64,000 bases of DNA from a virus (taxonomy: Duplodnaviria; Caudoviricetes), in the IMG/VR virus record IMGVR_UViG_3300044655_000343, positions 870-64,869 of that record, one strand, 5' to 3'. A program made the translations under genes and the position numbers. Under the pieces are notes generated by a model. It was not told the DNA's origin. It did no database searches and saw nothing but the letters and a program-made list of their open reading frames with translations. Positions 35,301-43,346 of this stretch are shown piece after piece. The first letter of the stretch is position 1, and every line of letters begins with the position of its first letter.

Positions 35301-36761
35301 TACCGATTCCCCCAGAGGGGCAACATTGACACCCTTAAGTTTGTTTAGGAAAGCCCCAGCCGTACTACCTACAACTTGGGGTAGCACACCAAAGCCCAAG
35401 AAGCCGATTGCAAACCCCTCACCACCAGCCCAGCCAATGCTTGAAAGATCATAATCCTTCTGCATTTCTGGGTCAGCAAAGACAAGGGCATTAGCATAAG
35501 CAATTTGTTTTTCTTGTCTGGTAGTCTCTTGCAAGGCTGCACCAACTCCGAAGATTGCACCCGTTAGAGTAGAGCCACCAATCAAGCCAAGATTCTTGGC
35601 ATAGGTTGGACTTATTCCCAGAGGAAGCTTAGCAATTGTTGAAGCAACATTACGAGCTGCTCTAAAGACAGTTAAGCCTGTAGTAGGAGCTGCGGCTGCT
35701 GTAGCAACTAAACTACCCACACCACCAGTAAGAACTGTGGCTCCAAGTTCTAAAGCAATAAACGGAACGGTATCCGAAGAATTTATAATACCACCAATTA
35801 AATTATCTCTTATTAGTCGCCCACTGTCCAGATATCCGGGAGCATAGGCTTCAATTCTTTTTTGAATATCACCCTTAAAAATGATCTCACCAATTCTAAA
35901 ATTAGCTTCATCTTCATTGAGTGCAGTTCTAATTGTACTTGGTGATATACCATTTTCAATAAAACCCTGTTGGACGGTAGGATTTAAATTACTCCACCAC
36001 ACAGCAGGATCAAAAGTTAAATCAACTCGGTTACGAATCTTTAGAATATCATCAATGCCTCTAGCAATCTTAGTATTCTTAGTAGGATTATAAGCTGCAT
36101 TGTATCCATCATATAGAGCACCGGCGGCTCCATAAGTATAAGCATTTAGAATCTTACCATAGACTTCTGCTTGTGAGCGGAAGGCATCAACCATAGAGAA
36201 ACCAAGATCCGTTTTAGTAACCTCGCTTGCCTTTGCATAGGCAAGCTGGTACATTATAGCATTCACTCTTTTTTGTGTTGGAGTAGGATTCTCAGGATCT
36301 TGTGGTTCTTGTTTAGCAATAGGTAACAACTTAGAAAGTGTGGAGCGAAGGTTATCTTGCACTTCAGGAGTTAACTGACTAGCTCCAAACTCTACCGGAG
36401 CTAAGGGATCATCTTTCTGACCCATTAGAATACCACGCTGAAATGCACCCAATGAATAATCTTGGAACTCATTAGGTCCCATACCTAGATACTCCGCAAT
36501 CTTTTGTGCATAGCCCTGTGCGCTACCTGTGCTAATAGACTCTGCTTGTGATAGAGCATATAAGTTATTGTAAGTATCTTTTTGGGTGTTAGGCTGTGGT
36601 CCCCAAAAACCCGGTTCATGCATTCTTGCAATATCAACATAGTTAGGAGCACCCTGATAAGCCATCAAGAATTGATTCCCAGTTGTGTAGTATTGTGGTT
36701 GCAGTCTCGGTGTCTCTGGTGTCTCCGGTACTATAGGAAAGTTGTTAGTGTAATTAATCAT
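26364..36761 (-). CDS. Giant internal virion (ejection, gp16-position) polyvalent protein, 3465 aa
   Basis: Last of four consecutive internal-virion-like genes. Contains hydrophobic Gly/Ala helices, an HEIGH zincin motif, a YHGT...GVYTT...GYDGI ART-like domain and Pro-rich linkers. Confidence 0.75.
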   Translation of the reverse strand: MINYTNNFPIVPETPETPRLQPQYYTTGNQFLMAYQGAPNYVDIARMHEPGFWGPQPNTQKDTYNNLYALSQAESISTGSAQGYAQKIAEYLGMGPNEFQDYSLGAFQRGILMGQKDDPLAPVEFGASQLTPEVQDNLRSTLSKLLPIAKQEPQDPENPTPTQKRVNAIMYQLAYAKASEVTKTDLGFSMVDAFRSQAEVYGKILNAYTYGAAGALYDGYNAAYNPTKNTKIARGIDDILKIRNRVDLTFDPAVWWSNLNPTVQQGFIENGISPSTIRTALNEDEANFRIGEIIFKGDIQKRIEAYAPGYLDSGRLIRDNLIGGIINSSDTVPFIALELGATVLTGGVGSLVATAAAAPTTGLTVFRAARNVASTIAKLPLGISPTYAKNLGLIGGSTLTGAIFGVGAALQETTRQEKQIAYANALVFADPEMQKDYDLSSIGWAGGEGFAIGFLGFGVLPQVVGSTAGAFLNKLKGVNVAPLGESVVRMTGDKRFTYEGTSVGEALGFYKGKLSRKDVAVDLPLHEKIITEAELEGVKPSAQTLSNETQTAVNRADARAAVTPDAARATPDVPMTRRLDNETRQAYAERTGANGTLSNIIEFVTEISRKNSAGDAVKERASLTGTGDTFGDMGTTDRLRILYASEEHLNTTRLKEKEAGKLTPAREKAYAIMESQRRSMIKQYTKSLSKPERKALSDSLGGVKKPVKTITEHVADARSTVISLAAKNEAAEKAAVSLLGTAREIVANPTRKAELRADLPKEVLDILDAAITEVAITGTVTPSTVEALKADISGVARKPSNRLTDSIKEALKIKKLNPKRMALINALKDDINKFSSLVSGNQANAEKFFQFTNELVENGFINEIDQAILLASVVHLNFDSKAFAVDFKIDSIVDADGKIEYTTIGAYNPKLNAIVMNSSWIGEDSERRAITVLHEIGHAYFQSSATADIYVDTLKMYNSLTRNYGPSLLNLDVAKMTDPLLSSNFLSAYHLQNAEEVFVQSFSKILFTEAQLAVSQMAPIEVSSFRSIINSMEHGIILAASMFDTSDHYTVVNGLINRLTEMDTAASKAISVPDLSRAYAAAVNAQTVSSDIAPNVFNTFVKDWMVKNLPEHSPEVVKRAMLTSGEYNLIMRGDRDPSLIVALTILKSNGRQAIDMKGNPTVYMKDLVDVYSTYKQTQFGSMLIKTAFLLTTPDYAQLVGMSKKDRIKFMQRRLFSMGAESFESVQGGVETILAATYEDRGLAQMQATNYLDPLNKPSRYSHTFWGTKATSLIELLDKSVEGTAKNSLSETNRLALLEQVRNDPYLNQPLMHTLKDYYKNNGFADIAHLVTLVHHKHYIDTLKTEGVFDTEGLNRAYIEEITQTPEFKEFFGTSKVVDASGKPLIVYHGTTTLADFNEFKVGGGMFGEGVYTTNNPETASNFAFVSTRQPNKPSGARVFPLFMNVENPLVINRDRLSGGNPEMPVYNIILSLLDENKDGKFEQASKDFVTAHSEIFGESVDSAQKRRDAGTKKALQTLGYDGIEVKMDPTTSYWISLNPEQVKSIYNEGTFSKLTPDIRKDMDLPIWSSKDIAIDSIAAFLSNKDITHLSIPTLLKNIDAALIQKMSDTPDMTPEKALAGIHKMIETGAIVLNETSGKWELPSAKPKKKRVTTPKTPAEATAAKVKETKVKAEATLAAVSDGSLELTADNLDDVIIKALEQKKLTRVQISALYNKREYLIEKIKEGTLQTENQLLRLASTIRKREQLDEIRKDKNAQSLETKEGATQEGTAAKVNAGVFKPTTEKEFSAIMFDTALTWNNLTNNTLLTPEEVQLAKALLTVESDKELASKSVDLLGKKTGERTIGTRRNALFDKMVAIGKAIEYDPKAKLVETQDSLLAHVKQMDQVVTKAVEKPESVKAIVKQAEAAPTPKPVSTPVDAGSRLLEKQALAARSKKTDAPPVMTPVTKVEEGTLFRATSEVTGNVPEAVLRPEKQVDAIIENSDVSTKEAVSFVPKKPLPMTMTAAEFMANEVKMASTMKVADRMGVDALVFSDGVVMPIQADAPVVVKGVTETKVKAGVPSVTKIKVKKGVPVQTVTAVVEPPKVEVVEPTTTPAPAVAPVEDLPSTPVPPAANDGAPVRVTKTGGIAPPAPRKTVSEVVKTTETERIERVVNDDKDLLRDNGMDQGFLKLFLKNYWTRMKNIDKAVDTYSPTLLSLWTKFVTINKAIVEANRAVFGDEGISKFWISVDKLRAENVQKLATVPGFKSLSERQLMVLAAKEVGDAYMPPILLDELNIVKSSEDATAFTLVAKESKTPRKKVSDATKAESPVPTPPEPTPAPAPKAGEEVPVKPETIPLEPIKETPRGDMGRIINTATKDSEQSASVLLRQGSLIGAIFGGSERASRNWWRAMNSWMANATQAASQTGKTIRNLQKNIRFLSRLFEDNRAQSGHLVGAGKEAFRTARQCKSDEARMITRIARQQLLLNKKLKDSGLALDKVRAVGVLSYTKLSEGTIIAPADLVALGLSPDLAKSIAVEANSLLQITRQTNQTILGLQNETGLFNSNAADGTPLDPMKYAPVQLNHESFSAMSPTDRALFVAGLVKARRTRKLKSPILDINTIIVLGWLDVAPSKEARGTDLFAGKRDFRPGESTQSFSPETLKGLFVSEHPITVGEKGVLAKLANGAESQKHFVLTDPKSGIIRLYRMPTVISELADADRVRYIEAVNGNKSLYTQRWQDYLKGRELIEVEMNEMLDFKTKKGAYSEYQRNTGTNIDRPLMVVDASAETALSVPGLIPEEVLSDPVILKHIRTNLAESYNYFMNGRVFELIFQRELDRLMGSRNVRITDVFPHVASEARRDIEAIAKAENWTPGQLAARLQDVTEGIQRLKDEYASNADTLPILPYQDQAAARSLLALMKVKVATGYFLGALPELMMETLKSNPLHLPGNLISALRFVVGDFRVSKNSLMNNSELGDMIFGLENIKYEFSSRFLGEANQGAFELDSTIGSKIKSKFINPRPATGLIDRGVRVLESGARVAETIGSLQAITNITRSMAKVRLQRMIYGHIKKGRIQKLLTALEDPAMMKLMQDYMAAAETSAGAENQLRKQFYTLARKTGFGFNPKEALVFMKYGLNSVEKIKHLEYLIKKVDKKGEGRVNLHNMVDVYWHATTHPVAGIKPEVLEQAISSYGLALEDLVVKTSSPEPIGLGRVTTIDSKTPLGKLWYALSSYIRGFQDNVILDYGSRDTLRYLAANIVLYGTLDATIGLLREWIAGRDGEDILEEFSDNPHAFAVRVAKSAPIMGMWSGALESGLSGLSYMSGGTWKYYGSPMQSIGMGAATGAAESIGRGVGEVVEGITGNEEVDYMKVAKGVGDITSVNSLLNRSPIAVAARSLEVSGALEEKGTLQTYMNMIHRNPHPYAKSQGRKQSSSQSLPPIPKVAPRNFELEAQALKKAREAKAGVRYEDMSKGVSGPLGDLLDNAQ

Positions 36762-36798
36762 TCATATCCTTTCTGGGGGCAATGCGCCATAAAGAGGA

Positions 36799-39700
36799 TT
36801 ACTTTTCTAGCAATCGTTTTGTAATTGTTTTAATCCAGAGTTGGTCTGGAGTATATTTAGTTGTTCTACTCTGTGGGAGTAACCAATGCATTAAGAAGTC
36901 TTGTCGGAGATCAATAAATTGTTTAGGATCTCTTAACTTCATTTCAAATTCTTTTGTAGCTTCTTGTCGCTTCCTGTTGCGTTCTTGTGGGGCAGAAGCT
37001 GGTTCACCAAGGACTGACTTAACTTGGCTTTCTTGATAAACATTCCAAGCCTTGAGGGCTGAGTCTATCCATTGCTTTTCTTCGGAAGGAGCCAGCGGGA
37101 AGGAAGTAGAATCAACACCAGCAACAGCTTCATCAAAAGTCATACGAACTTTGGAACCTTGACGTTCCTTAAGAAGTCTGTCTCTTTTAATATTAAGTCT
37201 GATTTGATATTCCAGAGCAGCGGGTTCCCACTTCTTGGCTACAACATCAGCAATAACTTTCATGTAAGTATCTTTTGAAACACCATACATAGGTTGTTTA
37301 GTACCCTTAAGAACTTCAGCTATAACTTTGGTTGACAGATCTTTATCAAATGCAGTCAGAAGAAAGTTTGCTGAGTCTTGTGAAAGTTTAACATCTTCAT
37401 CGCGTGTTCTAAGAATAGCTACTGGGTCACCAACAGTTTGTGCTAATACAGAATCTATATCACCACCTACCATTGCTTCTTTAAGTAATGAAGCTTTGAG
37501 GTTATCATAACCTTGCTGCATCATATTTTGTCCTGCTTGTTGGAAAGCATTCGGACCTGTTCCAGTTTCTTTCATTGCATTAGGAACAGCCATAGCTGCA
37601 GCGGGAAGTGCATCTACTGCATCTGATAGAGCAGGTATTAATTCGCTAGCCGCTGTGTCCATAGCCTGTCCAAATGTTTTAGCCTTGTATGGCTTAATAT
37701 ATCTAGAGTTACCCGGAAGGGCATACTGTTGTGGAAGATCAGACCATGCCGGTGGTAGTTCACCTGTATCAAAATACAGACCAGTGAAATCATAGGTCTT
37801 CATTTCAAGAAGACTGGCAGGGGAATTTAAACCAACTAAACGGTTGTTATCCATAAACTCTATAAAAGATTTCTTAAAGGCAGCAATCTGTGAGGAAGGT
37901 AGAACTGTTTTCTTTTGGATAGATGCTTCAATTGGCATAGCAGGATTACGACCAAGCATTTCTAGGCTAGTTTGTTTAGCCGCTTCTTTGTTTTTATTAT
38001 CTGTTAATATAGAACCAAAGACGCTGTTGAATCGTGCAGTATAAGCAGCTTCATCTTCATTGGGTTTACGCCCTTCAAAGTAAGGCTCCATCTCTGTGGT
38101 ATCAACATCTTCCCCAGCACGATAGACATAGAATACATTGCTATCCTTTTGCTTCCAAATATTGCTACCACCACGAGCTGAGCTATCCATATTACGAACA
38201 AACCTATCTGAGTTTGGTCGATATAGTGACATACCCGCAGCTGGACCAACTTGAACTACTGAATCACCCTCGTGAATTGGCATAGCAGGAGCACCTGATG
38301 CTACAGATCTTTTATAAGCATTCTCTGCAGCAGCCTCCATAAAGTCTGATTGGTCTTGTCTGTTCTCTAACTTAGCTACGGCAACGCCAAGAGTGTAAGA
38401 GATAAAATCAGCAACAGTAGTAATACCTTTTTTCTTTGCGTCTTCAAACATTATGCCAAAGTTCTCTTGACTAAAGACAGCAGTTTTTTTCTCTCCGGTT
38501 ATATCGTTCTGTAGTAGATACTTAATTTGTTTGAGGCGAGGATCCGCTTCAACAATATCCATAATCTTATCAGCATTAACAATGAAGATGGTGCTTGCCT
38601 CATCTGCAGTCATGTTTGCTAGTAAGAGCTTGTCTTGATTAGCAAACGCTCTAGCAACAGCCTTGACAGCTTGTGGCTCTGCTTGTCTCATAATCACACC
38701 CATCTCTTGTGGTGCTAGTCCCGCAGCTTCACTGCTAGGTACAATCGTATAAGAAGGAGTCTTAGTTATTCTATAGCTCTCTTGGTTTTCTAATGCCATG
38801 CGATATGCACCATCTCGATCTTCTGATGCAGGTACTCTCAATATAGGAGTACCATCATTTTTACGAGGAGTGTACACACCATTAGAATCAATCTGAGAAG
38901 CGGGAGCAAGGAATGGAAGCACATCTATATCACCCATCATAATCTGTCGGTATCCCAGAGGAAGACCGCCAGCTGGTGAGGTCATAAATGCTTGCTCTCT
39001 TGGGCTAACACTATATTCGATTCCCCATTCTGACATGGGTGGAATCTTTGCATAACCCTTTTTGACTGCTGCTAGTTGTGCGGCAAAGTCTGCTTCTGCT
39101 GTTGCTCCTACTACTGGAACATATCCATTGAGTTTCATTACAGCAGCACTACAAGCAACGGCAAGTCTACCTTGCTCACCCACTGGAATAATTCTAGAAA
39201 CTTGTGTTTTATCTTCAAAACCATTTGGTTGATTAACAACCATGTTATCTAAGAAAGAAGTGTAGAGTCGTTCATTCAAATCAGGAACTAAACCCTTTGC
39301 AGTTTTGATTGCTGAGTCTCTAATACCTATTGGGTTGGTCATATTGTCTGTACTATATGAACTTGCAAAGTGTGTATTAAATATAGTGAGCTTTGTTACT
39401 TCTGGCTTTAATCTGTTTGTGTAAGATAAATTCGGACTATCAGTAGAAACCATACTACCATCAGCACCCTTTACAGCGGTAATACCCCGGTGGTTTGCAA
39501 GTGTCTTATTAAACGTAGCAGCAAACGCAGCTACCTTACTTGCATCTAAATCACCAGCTCGACCTTCAACTAGAAACTGTCGTCTATTAGCTTCAACATA
39601 AGCCATAGCTCGTAGAGCAGTTCCAAGTAATTGTGGGTTGTTTTTTAAAACACGAACAAGACTCTCAGGTCCACCCGCATCCTTTATAGTATCTCCATTA

Positions 39701-41118
39701 AGTTCTACCAGTAAATCGGTTAGTTGCTTATCATCCAGACCCAATGCTTGTCCAACAAGAGGGCGAACAATGTTATTTAGATATACTAATGTAGTGGCTT
39801 TAGTTGCAGCACCTTTTATATAAGGGCTGTCTTGTTGTGAGTAAGTTAGAATCTCATTGACTACACCAATATCTGCTGCGGTTATGTTTTTTAATTCGGA
39901 TAGAGTTTGCATTGTGCCGCCCTTTTGAACAGCATCTCTAAGGACTATAGCCATGCCCATATCTTCTTCATTCAATCCGATTTCTTTTAGGTTGTCAGAT
40001 AGTGTTGAAACAGGAAGTTGATTTAGCATCAGACCAACACGAAGCATTTCTTGTGGTGATCTTGTAGCAATTGGCTTACTAAATACAAACTTAACAACAT
40101 CCGCTGAATCTGGAGCCAGCATACCCTGATGAGATGCAATAGCTGAGCGATCTCTATATTCCGCATAAGGACTAAACTGAGCATAGTCAACAAGTTGCTT
40201 AGTCTCATTTTCATTTAAGTCATCTTGACTTGCTGCAGGATTCCAGAGCCATTGACCCGTAGCTTGATCTAGCATTACTACTTGGTTACCAGCAGCATCT
40301 ACCTTTGGTGTAAGTTTACCATCTTTTAGTTGTGTAAAAAAGTAAGGTGTATTAGTTGGATCGGTTGGAGAAACTGGGGGATATTGAGATCCTACAGCAT
40401 TCAATGGAGAAGCTCCAGCTAATACCAGATTTGCAGTATCACCAGCTTTATAAGGGACTGCGCCAAACTTTGCTTGCTTAGCATCAAAGTCTTTCTTCTG
40501 CTTACCAATGTTATTGAATTGAGCATCAAACAAAAGTTTGGTTGACGCAGCAGAGATGTCTCTATCGGATGAACGGACTCTTAAAGCAAGATCTTGGTAC
40601 TTAGAACCTAGGGTCTTAATGTCTAGTTCTGGATCCCAGTAATCAATGGCTGGCTCAAATAGACCACCCTTGTTATTCTCTACAACTTCTCTAGCTTTTC
40701 CATCCCACTCACTTTTTAAGGTATTAATTTTTGTAATTAATCCATCCATGATTGGCTGATCTACGGCTTTACCTGTAGCTCTAGCTTCACTTTGTTTTGT
40801 ATTCAGTTCAATATAGGCATCATTTAATTTGGTTGAGTATACATCTTTAAGTTCTGCAATCGCATTACCTTTAGATGAAATCAAATAATCAACGACAGCA
40901 CCAAAGGTTTGATTGGCAATCTTAAAGCCACTTTCACCTAATGCATACCAATCAATATCTGAACCTTCAACTCCAATAGGTTGCTGTGCAAATTGGGTTG
41001 GAGTTTCCTTGTACATATTGATGGACTCAGGCGGCACAAAGCCAGCCTTTGGTCCTTCTTCAAAGACGGTCTGTTGTAATGGATTAAGCTCAGGTGCTGG
41101 CATTGGTTGTATCTCCAA
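36799..41118 (-). CDS. Internal virion protein (gp15-like position), 1439 aa
   Basis: Large helical ORF between the gp14-like gene and the giant gene; no catalytic motif recognised. Confidence 0.6.
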   Translation of the reverse strand: MEIQPMPAPELNPLQQTVFEEGPKAGFVPPESINMYKETPTQFAQQPIGVEGSDIDWYALGESGFKIANQTFGAVVDYLISSKGNAIAELKDVYSTKLNDAYIELNTKQSEARATGKAVDQPIMDGLITKINTLKSEWDGKAREVVENNKGGLFEPAIDYWDPELDIKTLGSKYQDLALRVRSSDRDISAASTKLLFDAQFNNIGKQKKDFDAKQAKFGAVPYKAGDTANLVLAGASPLNAVGSQYPPVSPTDPTNTPYFFTQLKDGKLTPKVDAAGNQVVMLDQATGQWLWNPAASQDDLNENETKQLVDYAQFSPYAEYRDRSAIASHQGMLAPDSADVVKFVFSKPIATRSPQEMLRVGLMLNQLPVSTLSDNLKEIGLNEEDMGMAIVLRDAVQKGGTMQTLSELKNITAADIGVVNEILTYSQQDSPYIKGAATKATTLVYLNNIVRPLVGQALGLDDKQLTDLLVELNGDTIKDAGGPESLVRVLKNNPQLLGTALRAMAYVEANRRQFLVEGRAGDLDASKVAAFAATFNKTLANHRGITAVKGADGSMVSTDSPNLSYTNRLKPEVTKLTIFNTHFASSYSTDNMTNPIGIRDSAIKTAKGLVPDLNERLYTSFLDNMVVNQPNGFEDKTQVSRIIPVGEQGRLAVACSAAVMKLNGYVPVVGATAEADFAAQLAAVKKGYAKIPPMSEWGIEYSVSPREQAFMTSPAGGLPLGYRQIMMGDIDVLPFLAPASQIDSNGVYTPRKNDGTPILRVPASEDRDGAYRMALENQESYRITKTPSYTIVPSSEAAGLAPQEMGVIMRQAEPQAVKAVARAFANQDKLLLANMTADEASTIFIVNADKIMDIVEADPRLKQIKYLLQNDITGEKKTAVFSQENFGIMFEDAKKKGITTVADFISYTLGVAVAKLENRQDQSDFMEAAAENAYKRSVASGAPAMPIHEGDSVVQVGPAAGMSLYRPNSDRFVRNMDSSARGGSNIWKQKDSNVFYVYRAGEDVDTTEMEPYFEGRKPNEDEAAYTARFNSVFGSILTDNKNKEAAKQTSLEMLGRNPAMPIEASIQKKTVLPSSQIAAFKKSFIEFMDNNRLVGLNSPASLLEMKTYDFTGLYFDTGELPPAWSDLPQQYALPGNSRYIKPYKAKTFGQAMDTAASELIPALSDAVDALPAAAMAVPNAMKETGTGPNAFQQAGQNMMQQGYDNLKASLLKEAMVGGDIDSVLAQTVGDPVAILRTRDEDVKLSQDSANFLLTAFDKDLSTKVIAEVLKGTKQPMYGVSKDTYMKVIADVVAKKWEPAALEYQIRLNIKRDRLLKERQGSKVRMTFDEAVAGVDSTSFPLAPSEEKQWIDSALKAWNVYQESQVKSVLGEPASAPQERNRKRQEATKEFEMKLRDPKQFIDLRQDFLMHWLLPQSRTTKYTPDQLWIKTITKRLLEK

Positions 41119-42139
41119 ACATATTAGGGTACTTAGACATAGCTGTATAAATACTTTCGGTTAGTTCTTTTGTTGTTTTAATTCGACCAGCTGCAATCTC
41201 CCCACGAAGACCACGATATACTTGGTCCTTAGATGAAGACTCTGGGTTAACTGCAAAGGCTTCATTCCATCTATCAATGTTATAATGACCTGACTCTAAA
41301 AGTTTAGAGACTTCCATTGCTGATTGCTTCTCTTGTCTAGAGATAACACTGCGTTGGGAATAGATCTTATTCTCAATAGCTTCTTTGATTGGCTGTGTGG
41401 CTGTTTCTTTAACTAAGACTTGCTCAGCAAACGAAGGAGAACCATAAGCATCATTTGGTAAAGCTTGCTTACGATCCTGTAGACCAAAGCTTGGGATGAA
41501 GGTTCCATTCTGATTGTAGATACCAATACGACCATTAACTACCGAAGCTACATCAAACAAGTTCATTTGTTCTAGCTTCATAAAGTCAGCGGAATGTTGG
41601 TCAGTAGATACATCAGGGTCTAGTTCATTCTTCATAAGGAATTGATTAACCTTACCACTTAATGAATTGGAGTAGACCTGACTTGCTTTACTAAAGTTAG
41701 CCGTAGCCACTACAGTAGATAGCTTAGCCAACTCCGGGGCTAGGGCTGTTCTTGCCCACTCAGGGGAGTTAGCCATACGATCTCGTAGGAAGAACTCCTT
41801 ACTGGAGACTCCACTGATATTGTTTAACTCAATGAGACTGGTGTTAATAAAGTCACTGACTGCCCCATCCTTACCAGATGGGTGCATCTTTTCGTATTCC
41901 TTCCAGAAGTAATTTCTACTGTTGTTGGAAAGACTGTCGAGGGAATTATTATTCTTCCAGTAATTAAATCTGTTCTGTGCGTTAGTAGGATACATCTTAG
42001 TTGCTAACTCTGTGATCTGATTAATCTTAGCAATGTCTTGCTTGTCAATCATGTCCTCAGTGTTAACTGCCTCAACGGTATTCGTATTTGTTTCAGTTGC
42101 AATCTGTTGCAATGAAGAGTATAAATCTTTTTTAGCCAT
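41090..42139 (-). CDS. Putative internal virion protein, 349 aa
   Basis: TAATG-coupled to the gp14-like gene; helical composition. Confidence 0.5.
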   Translation of the reverse strand: MAKKDLYSSLQQIATETNTNTVEAVNTEDMIDKQDIAKINQITELATKMYPTNAQNRFNYWKNNNSLDSLSNNSRNYFWKEYEKMHPSGKDGAVSDFINTSLIELNNISGVSSKEFFLRDRMANSPEWARTALAPELAKLSTVVATANFSKASQVYSNSLSGKVNQFLMKNELDPDVSTDQHSADFMKLEQMNLFDVASVVNGRIGIYNQNGTFIPSFGLQDRKQALPNDAYGSPSFAEQVLVKETATQPIKEAIENKIYSQRSVISRQEKQSAMEVSKLLESGHYNIDRWNEAFAVNPESSSKDQVYRGLRGEIAAGRIKTTKELTESIYTAMSKYPNMFGDTTNAST

Positions 42140-42858
42140 TAGAAACCCCTTATTGCTTGTCTAGAAGCTAATGCTGATCCAGATAGAGAAGCATCGCTTC
42201 CATTGCCGCCACTATTACTGCCACCACCATACTGCATCTGAGCTTGGATACCAACAGATGCTCCCTGCAGACCAGCCTGAATTAAACCAGTAGTCAATGC
42301 AGTTGAGGAGTTGTTAGCAATACCACCTTTAGATGGGATGAAGACTCCAAGGTCTGGAGCAAAGGCATTGCCTCGCTGTCCTAGTCTTGTTTGCTGTTGT
42401 GTAATGATGTCTTGATAGGCACTACGATGGTTTAGCTTGAGGGCTACCATGTTGCTACCTAGGGCTTCAATGTTCTGACGAAGCATTGCTCTAGCAGTTC
42501 CACTGTTTGCAGTGATACCACGGGATGTCATTGAAGAGATGAACTGTGCATTAACTTGTGAGGTTTGCTTGCTTAGTGTACTCTTTTGATTTGAGAATGA
42601 CTTGTCTAAATAGTACTCTGCTAGTGCTCGTTCAGTTGCAGCACCCTTTTCAATCTGAGCACTACGCTGAAGGTTGGCTTGAAACTCACGCATAACATTT
42701 CTGTCTTGCGTTGCCTTTTGCCATTGGTTCTGAAAGTTTGCATTCCTTTGCTGGATCTCTGCTGCCTGTGCTGCGGCATCTGCTTGGCTAGATGCACCTA
42801 ATGCACCCATGACTCCAGAGGCTAATGCCATACCGCCCATTGCAATTGCTACTCCCAT
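42139..42858 (-). CDS. Internal virion protein (T7 gp14-like)
   Basis: Hydrophobic Gly/Ala N-terminus (MGVAIAMGGMALASGVMGALG), Gln/Ala coiled coil, RGITANSG, hydrophobic C-terminal helix. Confidence 0.75.
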   Translation of the reverse strand: MGVAIAMGGMALASGVMGALGASSQADAAAQAAEIQQRNANFQNQWQKATQDRNVMREFQANLQRSAQIEKGAATERALAEYYLDKSFSNQKSTLSKQTSQVNAQFISSMTSRGITANSGTARAMLRQNIEALGSNMVALKLNHRSAYQDIITQQQTRLGQRGNAFAPDLGVFIPSKGGIANNSSTALTTGLIQAGLQGASVGIQAQMQYGGGSNSGGNGSDASLSGSALASRQAIRGF

Positions 42859-43346
42859 TTGAGTCCTCTTTCTAAGAAGGATAAAATATCTGGTATTGAA
42901 TCTGTAAGATCCTCAGTATTTACCCGCATTATTTTATTTTGATTTTGTTTATTAAGCCACTGATTTAAATAAGTAGCATGCTCGTAGAATATATCCACTG
43001 GGTTGATTAGATCAAGAAAGATAGGATGTAGTTCACACTCGTCTTTAAAGACTTTATATATACTATACATCTGAGCCAGCTTATCTTTTCTTTCTAAGAC
43101 AACAATACGAGATATTCTGTTTGTGTTAATGGTGATTAAATTAGGATACCAAAGTTTAACAATGTGGTTATTAAGTTCTTTGGGATTGAGTGTGTTTGTT
43201 TCCCAGTATCCTTCAGGATTATGTTTGGGAACAACTATGTTATTGAATGCCTCCCCTATGATGGGGAGTCCTGCCTTCTTAGCACTCTGCATTACAAATG
43301 AAGTACCAGTACGGGGACCAATACCTGTTACAACAGCTATACTCAT
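42849..43346 (-). CDS. Sulfotransferase-like P-loop protein
   Basis: VVTGIGPRTGTS (5'-PAPS-binding-like), NPEGYWE, and VLERKDKLAQMYS (3'-phosphate-binding R...S-like, as in Stf0-type enzymes). Confidence 0.7.
   Translation of the reverse strand: MSIAVVTGIGPRTGTSFVMQSAKKAGLPIIGEAFNNIVVPKHNPEGYWETNTLNPKELNNHIVKLWYPNLITINTNRISRIVVLERKDKLAQMYSIYKVFKDECELHPIFLDLINPVDIFYEHATYLNQWLNKQNQNKIMRVNTEDLTDSIPDILSFLERGLKWE

Noticed and set aside
26364-36761. N4-like virion RNA polymerase, suggested by the ~3500-aa size and the hairpin-capable promoter motif
   Set aside because: I found no polymerase motifs A, B or C in the translation. A complete T7-type RNAP is encoded separately, and only two of four motif copies form a perfect hairpin.
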